DNA of 64,000 bases from Escherichia coli (GCF_013122565.1 NZ_CP053258.1), one strand, 5' to 3'; positions 9,793 to 22,575 are shown, counted from the first letter of the stretch. Notes: generated by a model from the letters alone, not told the origin. Numbers and translations are program-made.

Positions 9793-11325
9793 ATGACGCA
9801 GAAAATTGAACAATCTCAACGACAAGAACGGGTAGCGGCCTGGAATCGTCGCGCTGAATGCGATCTTGCCGCTTTCCAGAACTCGCCAAAGCAAACCTAC
9901 CAGGCTGAAAAAGCGCGCGATCGCAAACTGTGCGCCAACCTGGAAGAAGCGATTCGTCGCTCTGGTTTACAGGACGGCATGACGGTTTCCTTCCATCACG
10001 CTTTCCGTGGCGGTGACCTGACCGTCAATATGGTGATGGACGTCATCGCAAAGATGGGCTTTAAAAACCTGACCCTGGCGTCCAGCTCCCTGAGTGATTG
10101 CCATGCGCCGCTGGTAGAACACATTCGCCAGGGCGTGGTTACCCGCATTTATACCTCCGGCCTGCGTGGTCCACTGGCGGAAGAGATCTCCCGTGGTCTG
10201 CTGGCAGAACCGGTGCAAATCCACTCTCACGGCGGACGTGTGCATCTGGTACAGAGCGGCGAATTGAATATCGACGTGGCTTTCCTCGGCGTCCCGTCCT
10301 GTGATGAATTCGGTAATGCCAACGGCTACACCGGTAAAGCCTGCTGCGGCTCCCTCGGTTATGCAATGGTTGATGCCGACAACGCAAAACAGGTCGTGAT
10401 GCTTACCGAAGAACTGCTGCCTTATCCGCATAATCCGGCAAGCATTGAGCAAGATCAGGTTGATTTGATCGTCAAAGTTGACCGCGTTGGCGATGCCGCG
10501 AAAATCGGCGCTGGCGCGACCCGTATGACCACTAACCCACGCGAACTGCTTATTGCCCGTAGCGCTGCGGATGTGATTGTCAACTCTGGCTACTTCAAAG
10601 AAGGTTTCTCCATGCAAACCGGTACCGGTGGCGCGTCGCTTGCGGTAACCCGTTTCCTGGAAGACAAAATGCGTAGCCGCGATATTCGCGCCGACTTCGC
10701 CCTCGGCGGTATTACCGCGACGATGGTTGATCTGCACGAAAAAGGTCTGATCCGCAAACTGCTGGATGTGCAGAGCTTTGACAGCCATGCTGCGCAATCG
10801 CTGGCCCGTAACCCCAATCACATCGAAATCAGCGCCAACCAGTACGCTAATTGGGGTTCGAAAGGCGCATCGGTTGATCGTCTCGACGTGGTGGTACTGA
10901 GCGCGCTGGAAATTGACACCCAGTTCAACGTTAACGTACTGACCGGCTCTGACGGCGTACTGCGCGGCGCTTCCGGTGGTCACTGCGATACCGCGATTGC
11001 CTCTGCGCTTTCCATCATCGTCGCGCCGCTGGTACGCGGTCGTATTCCGACTCTGGTGGATAACGTGCTGACCTGCATCACCCCGGGCTCCAGTGTCGAT
11101 ATTCTGGTCACAGACCACGGTATCGCAGTTAACCCGGCACGTCCGGAACTAGCAGAACGTCTGCAGGAAGCGGGCATTAAAGTGGTTTCCATTGAGTGGC
11201 TGCGCGAACGTGCGCGTCTGCTGACCGGTGAACCACAGCCGATTGAATTCACCGACCGCGTCGTTGCCGTTGTGCGTTACCGCGATGGCTCGGTGATCGA
11301 TGTTGTGCATCAGGTGAAGGAATAA
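9793..11325 (+). CDS. citF: citrate lyase alpha subunit / citrate CoA-transferase (510 aa)
   Basis: Internal Met (MTQKIEQSQRQERVAAWNRRAE...) of track ORF 9751..11325. Confidence 0.92.
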   Translation: MTQKIEQSQRQERVAAWNRRAECDLAAFQNSPKQTYQAEKARDRKLCANLEEAIRRSGLQDGMTVSFHHAFRGGDLTVNMVMDVIAKMGFKNLTLASSSLSDCHAPLVEHIRQGVVTRIYTSGLRGPLAEEISRGLLAEPVQIHSHGGRVHLVQSGELNIDVAFLGVPSCDEFGNANGYTGKACCGSLGYAMVDADNAKQVVMLTEELLPYPHNPASIEQDQVDLIVKVDRVGDAAKIGAGATRMTTNPRELLIARSAADVIVNSGYFKEGFSMQTGTGGASLAVTRFLEDKMRSRDIRADFALGGITATMVDLHEKGLIRKLLDVQSFDSHAAQSLARNPNHIEISANQYANWGSKGASVDRLDVVVLSALEIDTQFNVNVLTGSDGVLRGASGGHCDTAIASALSIIVAPLVRGRIPTLVDNVLTCITPGSSVDILVTDHGIAVNPARPELAERLQEAGIKVVSIEWLRERARLLTGEPQPIEFTDRVVAVVRYRDGSVIDVVHQVKE

Positions 11326-11328
11326 GCC

Positions 11329-12733
<1,405 letters not shown>

Positions 12734-12783
12734 TTATTTAAGCACTTGATAAATTTGGAAATATTAATTTTCGGAGAACCCGT

Positions 12784-14247
12784 ATGTCTTTAGCAAAAGA
12801 TAATATATGGAAACTATTGGCCCCACTGGTGGTGATGGGTGTCATGTTTCTTATCCCTGTCCCCGACGGTATGCCGCCGCAGGCATGGCATTACTTCGCT
12901 GTGTTTGTGGCAATGATTGTCGGCATGATCCTCGAGCCAATTCCGGCAACAGCGATCAGTTTTATTGCGGTTACTATTTGCGTTATTGGCAGTAATTACC
13001 TGCTCTTTGATGCCAAAGAATTAGCTGACCCAGCGTTTAATGCGCAAAAACAGGCACTGAAATGGGGTCTGGCTGGTTTTTCCAGCACCACGGTATGGCT
13101 GGTATTTGGCGCATTTATTTTTGCATTAGGGTATGAAGTTTCCGGGTTAGGTCGTCGCATTGCCCTTTTCCTGGTGAAATTCATGGGCAAACGCACGCTG
13201 ACGTTGGGTTATGCGATTGTCATTATCGACATTCTGCTGGCACCGTTTACACCGTCCAACACCGCGCGTACCGGGGGTACGGTTTTTCCGGTCATTAAAA
13301 ACCTGCCGCCGCTGTTTAAATCATTCCCGAACGATCCGTCCGCGCGTCGTATTGGCGGCTATTTAATGTGGATGATGGTCATTAGTACCAGTCTGAGTTC
13401 GTCTATGTTTGTCACCGGTGCGGCACCAAACGTGCTGGGTCTGGAGTTCGTCAGCAAAATTGCCGGTATCCAGATTAGCTGGTTGCAGTGGTTCCTCTGC
13501 TTCCTGCCGGTTGGGGTTATCTTGCTTATCATTGCGCCGTGGCTTTCCTACGTGCTGTACAAACCGGAAATCACACACAGTGAAGAAGTGGCAACCTGGG
13601 CGGGTGATGAACTAAAAACCATGGGGGCGCTGACACGCAGAGAGTGGACGCTGATTGGCCTTGTATTGCTCAGCTTAGGTTTGTGGGTATTTGGCAGTGA
13701 AGTCATTAATGCTACTGCGGTTGGTCTGCTGGCAGTTTCGCTAATGCTGGCCCTGCACGTTGTGCCGTGGAAAGACATTACCCGTTATAACAGCGCATGG
13801 AACACGCTGGTCAACCTGGCAACTCTGGTTGTGATGGCTAACGGCCTGACTCGTTCTGGTTTTATTGACTGGTTCGCCGGTACCATGAGTACGCACCTGG
13901 AAGGATTCTCACCAAACGCAACGGTGATTGTACTGGTTCTGGTGTTCTACTTTGCACACTACCTGTTTGCCAGCCTGTCTGCGCACACCGCAACCATGCT
14001 GCCGGTTATTCTGGCCGTCGGTAAAGGTATTCCGGGCGTACCAATGGAACAACTGTGTATCCTGCTGGTGCTGTCTATCGGTATCATGGGCTGTCTGACG
14101 CCGTATGCAACCGGTCCTGGGGTGATTATTTATGGCTGTGGCTATGTGAAATCAAAAGATTACTGGCGTCTTGGCGCAATCTTCGGGGTGATTTACATCT
14201 CTATGTTGCTGTTGGTTGGCTGGCCGATTCTCGCCATGTGGAACTAA
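12784..14247 (+). CDS. citT: citrate:succinate antiporter CitT (487 aa)
   Basis: Track ORF 487 aa, polytopic DASS-family transporter pattern; stop TAA at 14245-14247. Confidence 0.93.
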   Translation: MSLAKDNIWKLLAPLVVMGVMFLIPVPDGMPPQAWHYFAVFVAMIVGMILEPIPATAISFIAVTICVIGSNYLLFDAKELADPAFNAQKQALKWGLAGFSSTTVWLVFGAFIFALGYEVSGLGRRIALFLVKFMGKRTLTLGYAIVIIDILLAPFTPSNTARTGGTVFPVIKNLPPLFKSFPNDPSARRIGGYLMWMMVISTSLSSSMFVTGAAPNVLGLEFVSKIAGIQISWLQWFLCFLPVGVILLIIAPWLSYVLYKPEITHSEEVATWAGDELKTMGALTRREWTLIGLVLLSLGLWVFGSEVINATAVGLLAVSLMLALHVVPWKDITRYNSAWNTLVNLATLVVMANGLTRSGFIDWFAGTMSTHLEGFSPNATVIVLVLVFYFAHYLFASLSAHTATMLPVILAVGKGIPGVPMEQLCILLVLSIGIMGCLTPYATGPGVIIYGCGYVKSKDYWRLGAIFGVIYISMLLLVGWPILAMWN

Positions 14248-14278
14248 TACGTTCGCCAAACGCTGAATAAATCATCAC

Positions 14279-14312
14279 GCCCGCCAGGTAAGCCCACCTG
14301 GCGGGCTTTTTT
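14279..14312 (+). terminator. intrinsic terminator of the cit operon after citT
   Basis: gcccgccaggt-aagccc-acctggcgggc followed by TTTTTT. Confidence 0.75.
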
Positions 14313-14360
14313 ATGATTTAATAGATAGTATTCAGTGTATGTATGAGTTCCACACCCATT

Positions 14361-15167
14361 ATGAAAGCATTCTGGCGTAACGCCGCGTTGCTCGCGGTTT
14401 CTCTGCTTCCCTTCTCTTCTGCCAACGCCGTGGCGTTGCAGGCAAAACAGTATGGCGATTTTGATCGCTATGTCCTTGCCCTCTCCTGGCAAACCGGATT
14501 TTGCCAGAGTCAACACGATCGAAATCGTAACGAACGAGATGAATGTCGCCTGCAAACCGAAACGACCAACAAAACTGATTTTCTGACCGTACATGGTCTG
14601 TGGCCAGGATTGCCTAAATCGGTTGCTGCCCGTGGTGTTGATGAACGCCGCTGGATGCGCTTCGGTTGCGCTACTCGCCCAATCCCAAATCTGCCAGAAG
14701 CGCGCGCCAGCCGGATGTGTTCATCGCCGGAAACCGGGTTATCACTGGAAACGGCAGCTAAACTAAGTGAAGTCATGCCAGGAGCTGGCGGACGTTCCTG
14801 CCTGGAACGCTACGAATATGCCAAACACGGTGCCTGCTTTGGTTTTGATCCGGACGCATACTTCGGTACGATGGTACGCCTGAATCAAGAAATTAAAGAG
14901 AGCGAAGCCGGAAAATTCCTTGCGGATAATTACGGTAAAACAGTGAGCCGCCGTGACTTTGACGCCGCCTTTGCCAAAAGCTGGGGAAAAGAGAACGTGA
15001 AAGCAGTTAAGCTAACGTGCCAGGGTAACCCTGCGTATTTGACTGAAATTCAGATCTCGATCAAAGCTGACGCCATCAACGCTCCGCTTTCTGCAAACTC
15101 ATTCTTGCCACAACCACACCCAGGCAACTGTGGCAAAACCTTTGTGATTGATAAAGTGGGTTATTAA
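14361..15167 (+). CDS. rna: periplasmic ribonuclease I (RNase T2 family, 268 aa)
   Basis: Internal Met (MKAFWRNAALLAVSLLPFSSANA signal peptide) of track ORF 14343..15167; HGLWP motif of RNase T2. Confidence 0.92.
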   Translation: MKAFWRNAALLAVSLLPFSSANAVALQAKQYGDFDRYVLALSWQTGFCQSQHDRNRNERDECRLQTETTNKTDFLTVHGLWPGLPKSVAARGVDERRWMRFGCATRPIPNLPEARASRMCSSPETGLSLETAAKLSEVMPGAGGRSCLERYEYAKHGACFGFDPDAYFGTMVRLNQEIKESEAGKFLADNYGKTVSRRDFDAAFAKSWGKENVKAVKLTCQGNPAYLTEIQISIKADAINAPLSANSFLPQPHPGNCGKTFVIDKVGY

Positions 15168-15313
15168 TCATCTGATTTACAAAACACGCTAATTCGTCTC
15201 CCATAAACCATGACGATTAAGATTTATACATAATGCGCTGCATTGAGGAATTCCCTGAATGTGACGCAAATCACTTCAAAGAGTGAGCAACAGTCAGTAT
15301 CATCATGTGAGTT

Positions 15314-15348
15314 AAACCCTCGCCGCCTGACGGTGAGGGTTTTCTTTT
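15314..15348 (+). terminator. intrinsic terminator downstream of rna
   Basis: aaaccctcgccg-cctga-cggtgagggtttt-cttttgg hairpin plus U-tract (coordinates approximate). Confidence 0.6.
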
Positions 15349-15396
15349 GGGTATGTTTATCTGCGACACTCGCAGTACCGACGACATGGAGTAAAA

Positions 15397-15807
15397 ATGT
15401 CCAGACCAACTATCATCATTAACGACCTGGATGCCGAACGCATCGATATTCTGCTGGAGCAACCCGCCTATGCTGGTTTGCCAATCGCCGACGCGTTAAA
15501 CGCAGAGTTGGATCGCGCCCAAATGTGTTCGCCAGAAGAGATGCCACACGACGTGGTGACAATGAACAGCCGGGTTAAATTCCGCAATCTTAGCGATGGC
15601 GAAGTGCGTGTGCGCACGCTGGTGTATCCGGCAAAAATGACCGATAGCAATACTCAGCTTTCCGTTATGGCTCCGGTAGGTGCCGCACTGCTGGGACTGC
15701 GCGTTGGCGATTCCATTCACTGGGAACTTCCGGGCGGCGTTGCAACCCACCTTGAAGTGCTGGAACTCGAATACCAGCCAGAAGCTGCTGGCGACTACCT
15801 GCTTTAA
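15397..15807 (+). CDS. rnk: regulator of nucleoside diphosphate kinase Rnk (GreA/GreB-like, 136 aa)
   Basis: Track ORF 136 aa ([22 protein letters not shown]...). Confidence 0.92.
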
Positions 15808-15840
15808 TCCCATCTGCACAAGCGATAACTCGCTTTGCCC

Positions 15841-15862
15841 AGAGGATGCACTCGCATCCTCT
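15841..15862 (+). terminator. hairpin downstream of rnk (weak terminator candidate, no strong U-tract)
   Basis: agaggatgc-actc-gcatcctct inverted repeat about 35 nt after the rnk stop. Confidence 0.35.
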
Positions 15863-16037
15863 TTACGCAAAATCAGCAATTTTTCCTGGTTCTCACTGTT
15901 CACTTTTGCTGCAAAATTATTCCGTTTCGTTTGTGGGAATAACCATGGCAGAAGCATTTTACATCCTGATAGGATTCCTGATTATGGCGGCGATTATCGT
16001 CATGGCTGTCCTTTACCTCGAAAACCACTCCTGACGA

Positions 16038-17276
16038 TCATATTGTTCCCCCCGGCATCGCATTCACCAGACCTGAAACTGCCTTCTGCGCTGCCTCTGC
16101 GCTTTGTGCACCGGGTACCAGAATCACCTTACGGCACTCCTCTTCACGTTTTTCGAAAATCTCATATCCCCGGGCGGCCTCTTCAAACGGCATATAGTGG
16201 GTAACAATTTCTTCTGGTTTCAGTAATCCTTTCTCAATTAACGGTAATAATTCTCCCAGCCATGCGTGAACGTGGGTCTGTCCCATTTTAAACGTCAACC
16301 CTTTATCAAAGGCGTCGCCAAACAGGAAACCGTGAATAAATCCAGCGTAGACGCCCGGCACGCTAACAATGCCGCCACGCCTGACCGCCGCAATACACTG
16401 GCGCAACGCTTTACCGCTGCTGCCCTCCAGTTTCAGGTTAGTCAGCACCGTTTCCGTGGTGCTGCCTTTCGCTTCAAAACCGACGGCGTCTATTACTGCA
16501 TCCACGCCCCGGTGACCTGCCGTTTGTTCAATAATTGACTGTGCCGGATCGCTATCTTCATCAAAATTAATCGGGATCGCGCCGTAGCGGTCAGCGGCGA
16601 AACGCAAGCGGTAGGGATGATGATCAACAACAAAAATCTGTTCCGCACCGAGCAACCGTGCACAGGCGATTGTCAACAATCCCACAGGACCGGCACCATA
16701 GACTGCAACGCTTGAACCTTGTTGGATCTGCGCATTTTTTGCTGCCTGCCATGCCGTTGGCAGAATATCAGAAAGGAAAAGGGCTTTATCATCTGAAAGC
16801 AAAGGCGGTACTTTAAACGGCCCCACATTCCCTTTAGGGACGCGGACATATTCCGCCTGCCCGCCAGGAACGCCACCATACAGGTGACTATAACCAAACA
16901 ATGCCGCGGGAGCTGGTATCTGTTTTTTATTGAGCGCAGCGCCTTTACCCGCATTGGTATTTTCGCAGGCGGCATATTGCTGCAATCGACAGAAAAAACA
17001 GTCGCCACAAGCAATGACGAACGGAATTACCACCCGGTCGCCTTTTTGCAAATTTTTTACGTCCTTTCCGGTTTCAACGACTTCCCCCATAAATTCATGA
17101 CCAAAAATATCGCCATGTTTAACCTGGGGTATTTTGCCTCGATAAAGGTGGAGGTCAGAGCCACAGATCGCCGTTGCCGTAATACGCAGAATTATATCAT
17201 CTGCCTGTTCAATGCCCGGATCGGGAACATTTTCTACCTGAACGTGATGTGGGCCGTGATAAGTCAATGCTTTCAT
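16038..17276 (-). CDS. ybdR: zinc-type alcohol dehydrogenase-like oxidoreductase (412 aa)
   Basis: Track ORF 412 aa with MDR zinc-ADH motifs ([21 protein letters not shown]). Confidence 0.9.
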   Translation of the reverse strand: MKALTYHGPHHVQVENVPDPGIEQADDIILRITATAICGSDLHLYRGKIPQVKHGDIFGHEFMGEVVETGKDVKNLQKGDRVVIPFVIACGDCFFCRLQQYAACENTNAGKGAALNKKQIPAPAALFGYSHLYGGVPGGQAEYVRVPKGNVGPFKVPPLLSDDKALFLSDILPTAWQAAKNAQIQQGSSVAVYGAGPVGLLTIACARLLGAEQIFVVDHHPYRLRFAADRYGAIPINFDEDSDPAQSIIEQTAGHRGVDAVIDAVGFEAKGSTTETVLTNLKLEGSSGKALRQCIAAVRRGGIVSVPGVYAGFIHGFLFGDAFDKGLTFKMGQTHVHAWLGELLPLIEKGLLKPEEIVTHYMPFEEAARGYEIFEKREEECRKVILVPGAQSAEAAQKAVSGLVNAMPGGTI

Positions 17277-17496
17277 GCAACCTCCAGAGACAGTTCAAAA
17301 AAGAGTCAGTCTTTAAGGGTAGCTATCACAGCGGGAAAACGGGCGGTACCGCAGGATTTGGGAGAATTCCTGGTGTTCAGTGAGAATATATTCATCACAG
17401 AAACAGTTCGTAAGGAAAAAGAACCAGACAAATATCAGGGATAAATATTATAATCATGGCGAATGATTTGTTCATGATTAACAGGGAGAAAGGGTT

Positions 17497-17925
17497 ATGT
17501 ATAAGACAATCATTATGCCAGTTGATGTATTTGAAATGGAATTGAGCGACAAAGCTGTTCGCCACGCTGAATTCCTCGCCCAGGATGACGGAGTTATTCA
17601 TCTACTTCACGTACTACCCGGGTCAGCCAGCCTGAGCCTGCACCGTTTTGCCGCTGATGTGCGTCGTTTTGAAGAGCATCTGCAACATGAAGCAGAAGAA
17701 CGTCTGCAAACGATGGTCAGCCACTTCACCATCGATCCTTCCCGCATTAAACAACATGTCCGTTTTGGTAGTGTGCGGGATGAAGTCAATGAGTTGGCAG
17801 AAGAACTGGGTGCTGATGTTGTTGTTATCGGTTCTCGCAACCCATCGATTTCGACCCATCTGTTAGGTTCTAACGCCTCGAGCGTGATCCGCCACGCCAA
17901 TCTGCCGGTGCTGGTTGTGCGTTAA
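17497..17925 (+). CDS. uspG: universal stress protein G (142 aa)
   Basis: Track ORF 142 aa with UspA-fold ending [30 protein letters not shown]. Confidence 0.92.
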   Translation: MYKTIIMPVDVFEMELSDKAVRHAEFLAQDDGVIHLLHVLPGSASLSLHRFAADVRRFEEHLQHEAEERLQTMVSHFTIDPSRIKQHVRFGSVRDEVNELAEELGADVVVIGSRNPSISTHLLGSNASSVIRHANLPVLVVR

Positions 17926-17941
17926 TTGCCAGAATAAGTAT

Positions 17942-17978
17942 CCCGCCCTGCCCGGAGTCATCCCGGCAGGGCTTTTTA
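17942..17978 (+). terminator. intrinsic terminator of uspG
   Basis: cccgccctgcccgg-agtcat-cccggcagggc followed by TTTTT. Confidence 0.75.
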
Positions 17979-17984
17979 TTGCCA

Positions 17985-18016
17985 TAAAAAAGCCGCCAGG
18001 TTTGACCCCGGCGGCT
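17985..18016 (-). terminator. intrinsic terminator of ahpCF (minus strand)
   Basis: Plus strand aaaaaagccgccagg-tttgacc-ccggcggc; on the minus strand a GC hairpin followed by a U-tract, just after the ahpF stop. Confidence 0.7.
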
Positions 18017-18045
18017 AAACAATTGCAGGTGAATCTTACTTCTTC

Positions 18046-19611
18046 TTATGCAGTTTTGGTGCGAATCAGGTAGTCAAAAGCACTCAGAGAGGCTTTGGCA
18101 CCTTCGCCAGTAGCGATGATGATCTGCTTGTACGGAACCGTCGTACAGTCACCCGCTGCGAACACGCCTTTGACGTTGGTTTCACATTTCGCATCAATGA
18201 TAATCTCACCCATGCGGTTACGCTCGACTGCGCCTTCCAGCCAGTTAGTGTTCGGCAGCAGACCAATCTGGACGAAAATACCGGCCAGTTCGATGTTGTG
18301 AATATCGCCGCTGACACGATCACGATATTCCAGACCAACGACTTTGCTGCCGTCGCCTTTCACTTCCGTAGTTTGCGCATTCAGAATGATGTCGACGTTT
18401 TTCAGGCTGCGCAGTTTGTCCTGCAGAACCTGGTCGGCTTTCATTTCTGGCGCAAATTCCAGCAGAGTAACGTGTTCAACGATACCCGCCAGGTCGATTG
18501 CCGCTTCCACGCCGGAGTTACCGCCGCCGATAACCGCTACGCGTTTGCCTTTAAACAGCGGGCCGTCGCAGTGCGGGCAGTAGGTCACGCCCTTGGTGCG
18601 ATACTGATCTTCGCCAGGAACGTTCATGTTGCGCCATTTTGCACCAGTCGCCACGATAATGCTGCGTGCTTTCAGTACCGCGCCAGAAGCTGTTTCAATC
18701 TGATGCAGGCCACCTTCAACCGCTGCCGGGATCAGTTTGCTGGCGCTCTGGCTGTCGATCACATCAACGTCGTATTCATCAACGTGAACTTTCAGCGCAC
18801 CTGCCAGTTTCTGGCCTTCGGTCTTCGGTACAGAAATGTAGTTTTCGATATCAACGGTATCGAGGATCTGACCACCAAAACGTTCGCCCATCAAACCAGT
18901 ACGGATACCTTTACGTGCGGAGTAAATTGCTGCCGCTGCACCCGCCGGGCCGGAACCGACGATTAATACGTCATAAGCATCACGCTTGTTCAGCTCTTCT
19001 GCCGCACGTTTTTCCGCGCCAGTATCAATTTTGGCGACGATTTCAGTCAACGTCATGCGGCCCTGACCAAACTCTTTCCCGTTTACGAACACTGCCGGAA
19101 CGCCCATCACGTTGCGATCGGTGATTTCGTTCTGGAAGGTGCCGCCGTCAATTGCAGTGTGCTTGATGCGCGGATTCAGTACGCTCATCAGGTTCAGCGC
19201 CTGCACCACGTCCGGGCAATTGTGGCAAGAGAGCGAGTAATAGGTTTCGAATTCAAAATCACCGTCAATATGGCGAATCTGCTCCAGCAGAGACTGCGCT
19301 TCTTTCGACGGATGACCACCGGTCCACAGCAGCGCCAGTACCAGCGAGGTGAACTCGTGGCCCAGCGGGGAGCCTGCAAAACGTGGCCCCTGGTTGGAAC
19401 CTGGGTTGGTGATCAGGAAAGACGGCTTACGCACCGGCAAGCTGTTATCTTCTTTAAAGGTGACTTTGTCTGACAGTTCTGCGATTTCAGCCAACAGTTC
19501 CTTGATTTCTGCCGATTTAGCGCTGTCATCCAGCGTGGCAATTAACTCAACAGGCTTGGTCAATTTCTCAAGGTAAGCCTTGAGTTGAGTTTTCATATTT
19601 GTGTCGAGCAT
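18046..19611 (-). CDS. ahpF: alkyl hydroperoxide reductase subunit F (521 aa)
   Basis: Internal Met ([17 protein letters not shown]) of track ORF 18046..19641; CPHCDGP redox centre and FAD/NAD GxGxxG motifs. Confidence 0.93.
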
Positions 19612-19781
19612 GTTTATCTCCTGGGCTTTAAACATCATCATGCAAGCGGCCTCTGCGGCTACCTGGATGCAGCTTGCATCATGGTGCGGGGAAGAAAATC
19701 GGGTGCCGCAGCACCCGATTAATTAGGTGAATTTCCGAAGTATTTCGCGCCGGAGTTGGTAGCGCGAAAGACGAAGGAAAT

Positions 19782-20345
19782 TTAGATTTTACCAACCAGG
19801 TCCAGAGACGGAGCCAGAGTTGCTTCACCTTCTTTCCATTTAGCCGGGCAAACTTCACCTGGGTGAGAAGCAACGTACTGGGCTGCTTTGATTTTGCGCA
19901 GCAGGTCAGACGCGTCACGGCCAATGCCTTCAGCGGTAACTTCGATAGCCTGGATGATACCCTGCGGGTCAACTACGAAGGTCGCACGGTCAGCCAGACC
20001 TTCTTCTTCACGCATGTTTTCGAAGTTACGGGTCAGGGCGCCAGTCGGGTCGCCGATCATCGCATATTTGATTTTAGCGATGGTTTCAGAGCTGCTGTGC
20101 CATGCTTTGTGGGTGAAGTGAGTATCAGTAGATACTGCGTATACGTCTACGCCCAGTTTCTGCAGTTCTTCGTAGTGGTCAGCAACGTCACCCAGTTCGG
20201 TCGGGCATACGAAAGTAAAGTCAGCCGGGTAGAAGAAGAAGACGCTCCAGCGGCCTTCGGTATCTTTTTCGGTGATTTCGATGAATTCGCCGTTTTTGAA
20301 TGCCTGGTTTTTAAAAGGTTTGATTTTGGTGTTAATCAAGGACAT
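19782..20345 (-). CDS. ahpC: alkyl hydroperoxide reductase subunit C, peroxiredoxin (187 aa)
   Basis: Track ORF 187 aa with FTFVCPTEL peroxidatic cysteine motif. Confidence 0.95.
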   Translation of the reverse strand: MSLINTKIKPFKNQAFKNGEFIEITEKDTEGRWSVFFFYPADFTFVCPTELGDVADHYEELQKLGVDVYAVSTDTHFTHKAWHSSSETIAKIKYAMIGDPTGALTRNFENMREEEGLADRATFVVDPQGIIQAIEVTAEGIGRDASDLLRKIKAAQYVASHPGEVCPAKWKEGEATLAPSLDLVGKI

Positions 20346-20349
20346 CTAT

Positions 20350-20470
20350 ACTTCCTCCGTGTTTTCGATGGGATGTAAGGTAACGAATTTTTTTCGATTC
20401 CGCTAATGTGTTTCCATTATCGAATCGATAAGTTTTACCTTACAACCTTCGTAAGACAACTTTGTGAACT
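20350..20470. promoter_or_regulatory. ahpC promoter region (OxyR-regulated by knowledge of the family; exact site not resolved)
   Basis: Location inferred from gene context; A/T-rich region with repeated cgat/atcg elements; no confident motif match by eye. Confidence 0.3.
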
Positions 20471-20718
20471 TTGCACCGCCGGCGGCGATAAAAAGTAAAA
20501 TGGGCCCCCTTTCCAGGTGACCGTGTAATCTGAACTACCCTTTGGTATCTTCAGCGCCTGTTCAGCAGGCTGCGTTGTTGCCCTTACAAATGCAACAACG
20601 ATAAGGATTACAACACCCTCATAAACAAAGGGCAATCACCTGATCTAAGCTCTTACCTATGACAGTGATAGGTTATGCCTTTTGCCCCATTTTTGCACTG
20701 ACTGAAAAGGATAAATAA

Positions 20719-21465
20719 ATGCTAAAAAAGTCACTTTTAATGACAATGCTACCTGCCATTGCCTTCGCAGAGGAACTTCCTGCTCCAGTAAAAGCGATTG
20801 AAAAACAGGGCATTACAATCATCAAAACGTTCGATGCCCCCGGAGGAATGAAAGGTTATCTCGGAAAGTATCAGGATATGGGCGTCACCATCTACCTGAC
20901 TCCAGATGGTAAGCACGCTATCTCTGGTTACATGTACAACGAGAAAGGTGAAAACCTGAGTAACACACTTATCGAAAAAGAAATTTACGCACCAGCCGGA
21001 CGCGAAATGTGGCAACGGATGGAACAATCCCACTGGCTCCTCGACGGTAAAAAAGACGCGCCGGTCATTGTCTACGTCTTCGCCGATCCGTTCTGCCCAT
21101 ATTGTAAACAGTTCTGGCAGCAGGCGCGCCCGTGGGTAGATTCTGGCAAAGTGCAGTTGAGAACATTGTTGGTTGGGGTTATCAAACCAGAAAGTCCGGC
21201 GACAGCCGCGGCAATTCTTGCCTCCAAAGATCCCGCAAAAACCTGGCAAGAATATGAAGCCTCTGGTGGCAAGCTTAAGCTAAACGTGCCTGCAAACGTA
21301 AGTACAGAGCAAATGAAAGTGTTAAGCGATAACGAGCAACTCATGGACGATCTGGGGGCAAATGTCACACCCGCTATCTATTACATGAGTAAGGAAAATA
21401 CGTTGCAACAAGCCGTGGGGTTGCCCGATCAGAAAACGCTTAATATCATTATGGGAAATAAATAA
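20719..21465 (+). CDS. dsbG: periplasmic disulfide isomerase DsbG (248 aa)
   Basis: Track ORF 248 aa with signal peptide and CPYC thioredoxin-fold active site. Confidence 0.92.
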   Translation: MLKKSLLMTMLPAIAFAEELPAPVKAIEKQGITIIKTFDAPGGMKGYLGKYQDMGVTIYLTPDGKHAISGYMYNEKGENLSNTLIEKEIYAPAGREMWQRMEQSHWLLDGKKDAPVIVYVFADPFCPYCKQFWQQARPWVDSGKVQLRTLLVGVIKPESPATAAAILASKDPAKTWQEYEASGGKLKLNVPANVSTEQMKVLSDNEQLMDDLGANVTPAIYYMSKENTLQQAVGLPDQKTLNIIMGNK

Positions 21466-21477
21466 AAGATAATTCAT

Positions 21478-21513
21478 GGATGGTTGAAATATACCCCTGC
21501 TTTTCAACCATCC
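21478..21513 (+). terminator. hairpin after dsbG (terminator candidate, weak U-tract)
   Basis: ggatggttgaaa-tatacccctgc-tttcaaccatcc 12-bp inverted repeat 13 nt after the dsbG stop. Confidence 0.45.
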
Positions 21514-21672
21514 TTAAAACGCATGAATTGCTCGCTCTGTGCCAGATGGCTGTGCTATTTTAGAAAAACTTAATCCTGAGTTAAGCAAAAAAACATAATC
21601 AATAAAAATATATACGCAAAAACATTGATTAAGTGAATACTTCATGGAAGAAAAATATAACCGGAGTACTGT

Positions 21673-22575
21673 ATGGCCAATCTCTACGACCTGAAAAAGT
21701 TCGACTTAAATCTTCTTGTCATCTTTGAGTGCATTTATAAACACTTAAGCATAAGCAAGGCTGCTGAGTCATTATATATCACTCCATCAGCAGTGAGTCA
21801 GTCGTTACAACGCTTACGTGCGCAATTTAATGACCCTTTATTCATTCGCTCAGGAAAAGGTATCACGCCAACTACGACAGGGTTAAATTTACACAATCAC
21901 CTTGAGAAAAACCTCAGAGGTCTTGAGCAAACAATCAATCTTGTTAATAAATCGGAAGTAAAGAAAAATTTTATTATCTACGGTCCTCAGCTCATCTCCT
22001 GTTCTCATAACCGCATGCTGATCCGCTGCCTACGGCAAGATACCTCGGTCGAGATTGAGTGCCATGACACACTTATTTCAGCCGAGAATGCTGAAGAACT
22101 GTTGGTTCATCGCAAAGCCGATCTGGTGATCACTCAAATGCCAGTGATCAGTCGTTCCGTCATTTGTATGCCATTGCATACGATTCGTAATACCCTAATT
22201 TGTAGTAATAAACATCCCCGGATTACAGATACCAGTACTTACGAACAAATTATGGAAGAAGAGTTCACCCAATTAATTTCCAAATCATCGGGGCTTGATG
22301 ACATTCAAATGGAAATAGACGAGAGGTTTATAAATCGTAAAATTGCCTTTCGTGGCTCCTCTTTATTGGCGATCATAAATAGCATTGCGATTACAGATTT
22401 GCTAGGAATAGTTCCCTTTGAACTTTATGAATCCCACCAAGAATCTCTTAATTTAAAGGAAATAAAACTAGAGCACCCCCTACCCTTGGTTAAGCTTTAC
22501 ATTTGTTACAACAAGACTTCTCTAAACAACCTGGCATTCTCACGATTCATTGACAGATTGAATGATAATTCTTGA
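21673..22575 (+). CDS. ybdO: LysR-family transcriptional regulator (300 aa)
   Basis: Track ORF 300 aa with N-terminal LysR HTH (LSISKAAESLYITPSAVSQSLQRLR); strongly AT-rich coding sequence. Confidence 0.88.
   Translation: MANLYDLKKFDLNLLVIFECIYKHLSISKAAESLYITPSAVSQSLQRLRAQFNDPLFIRSGKGITPTTTGLNLHNHLEKNLRGLEQTINLVNKSEVKKNFIIYGPQLISCSHNRMLIRCLRQDTSVEIECHDTLISAENAEELLVHRKADLVITQMPVISRSVICMPLHTIRNTLICSNKHPRITDTSTYEQIMEEEFTQLISKSSGLDDIQMEIDERFINRKIAFRGSSLLAIINSIAITDLLGIVPFELYESHQESLNLKEIKLEHPLPLVKLYICYNKTSLNNLAFSRFIDRLNDNS

Noticed and set aside
9018-11118. Long minus-strand ORFs (257 aa at 9018..9791 and 383 aa at 9967..11118) inside citE and citF
   Set aside because: They lie antisense to confidently identified citrate lyase genes, and their translations are Arg/His/Gly-rich with no recognisable domain; typical frame artefacts of GC-rich coding DNA.
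18298-18966. 222-aa plus-strand ORF antisense to ahpF
   Set aside because: Antisense to a well-supported gene; no recognisable motifs.
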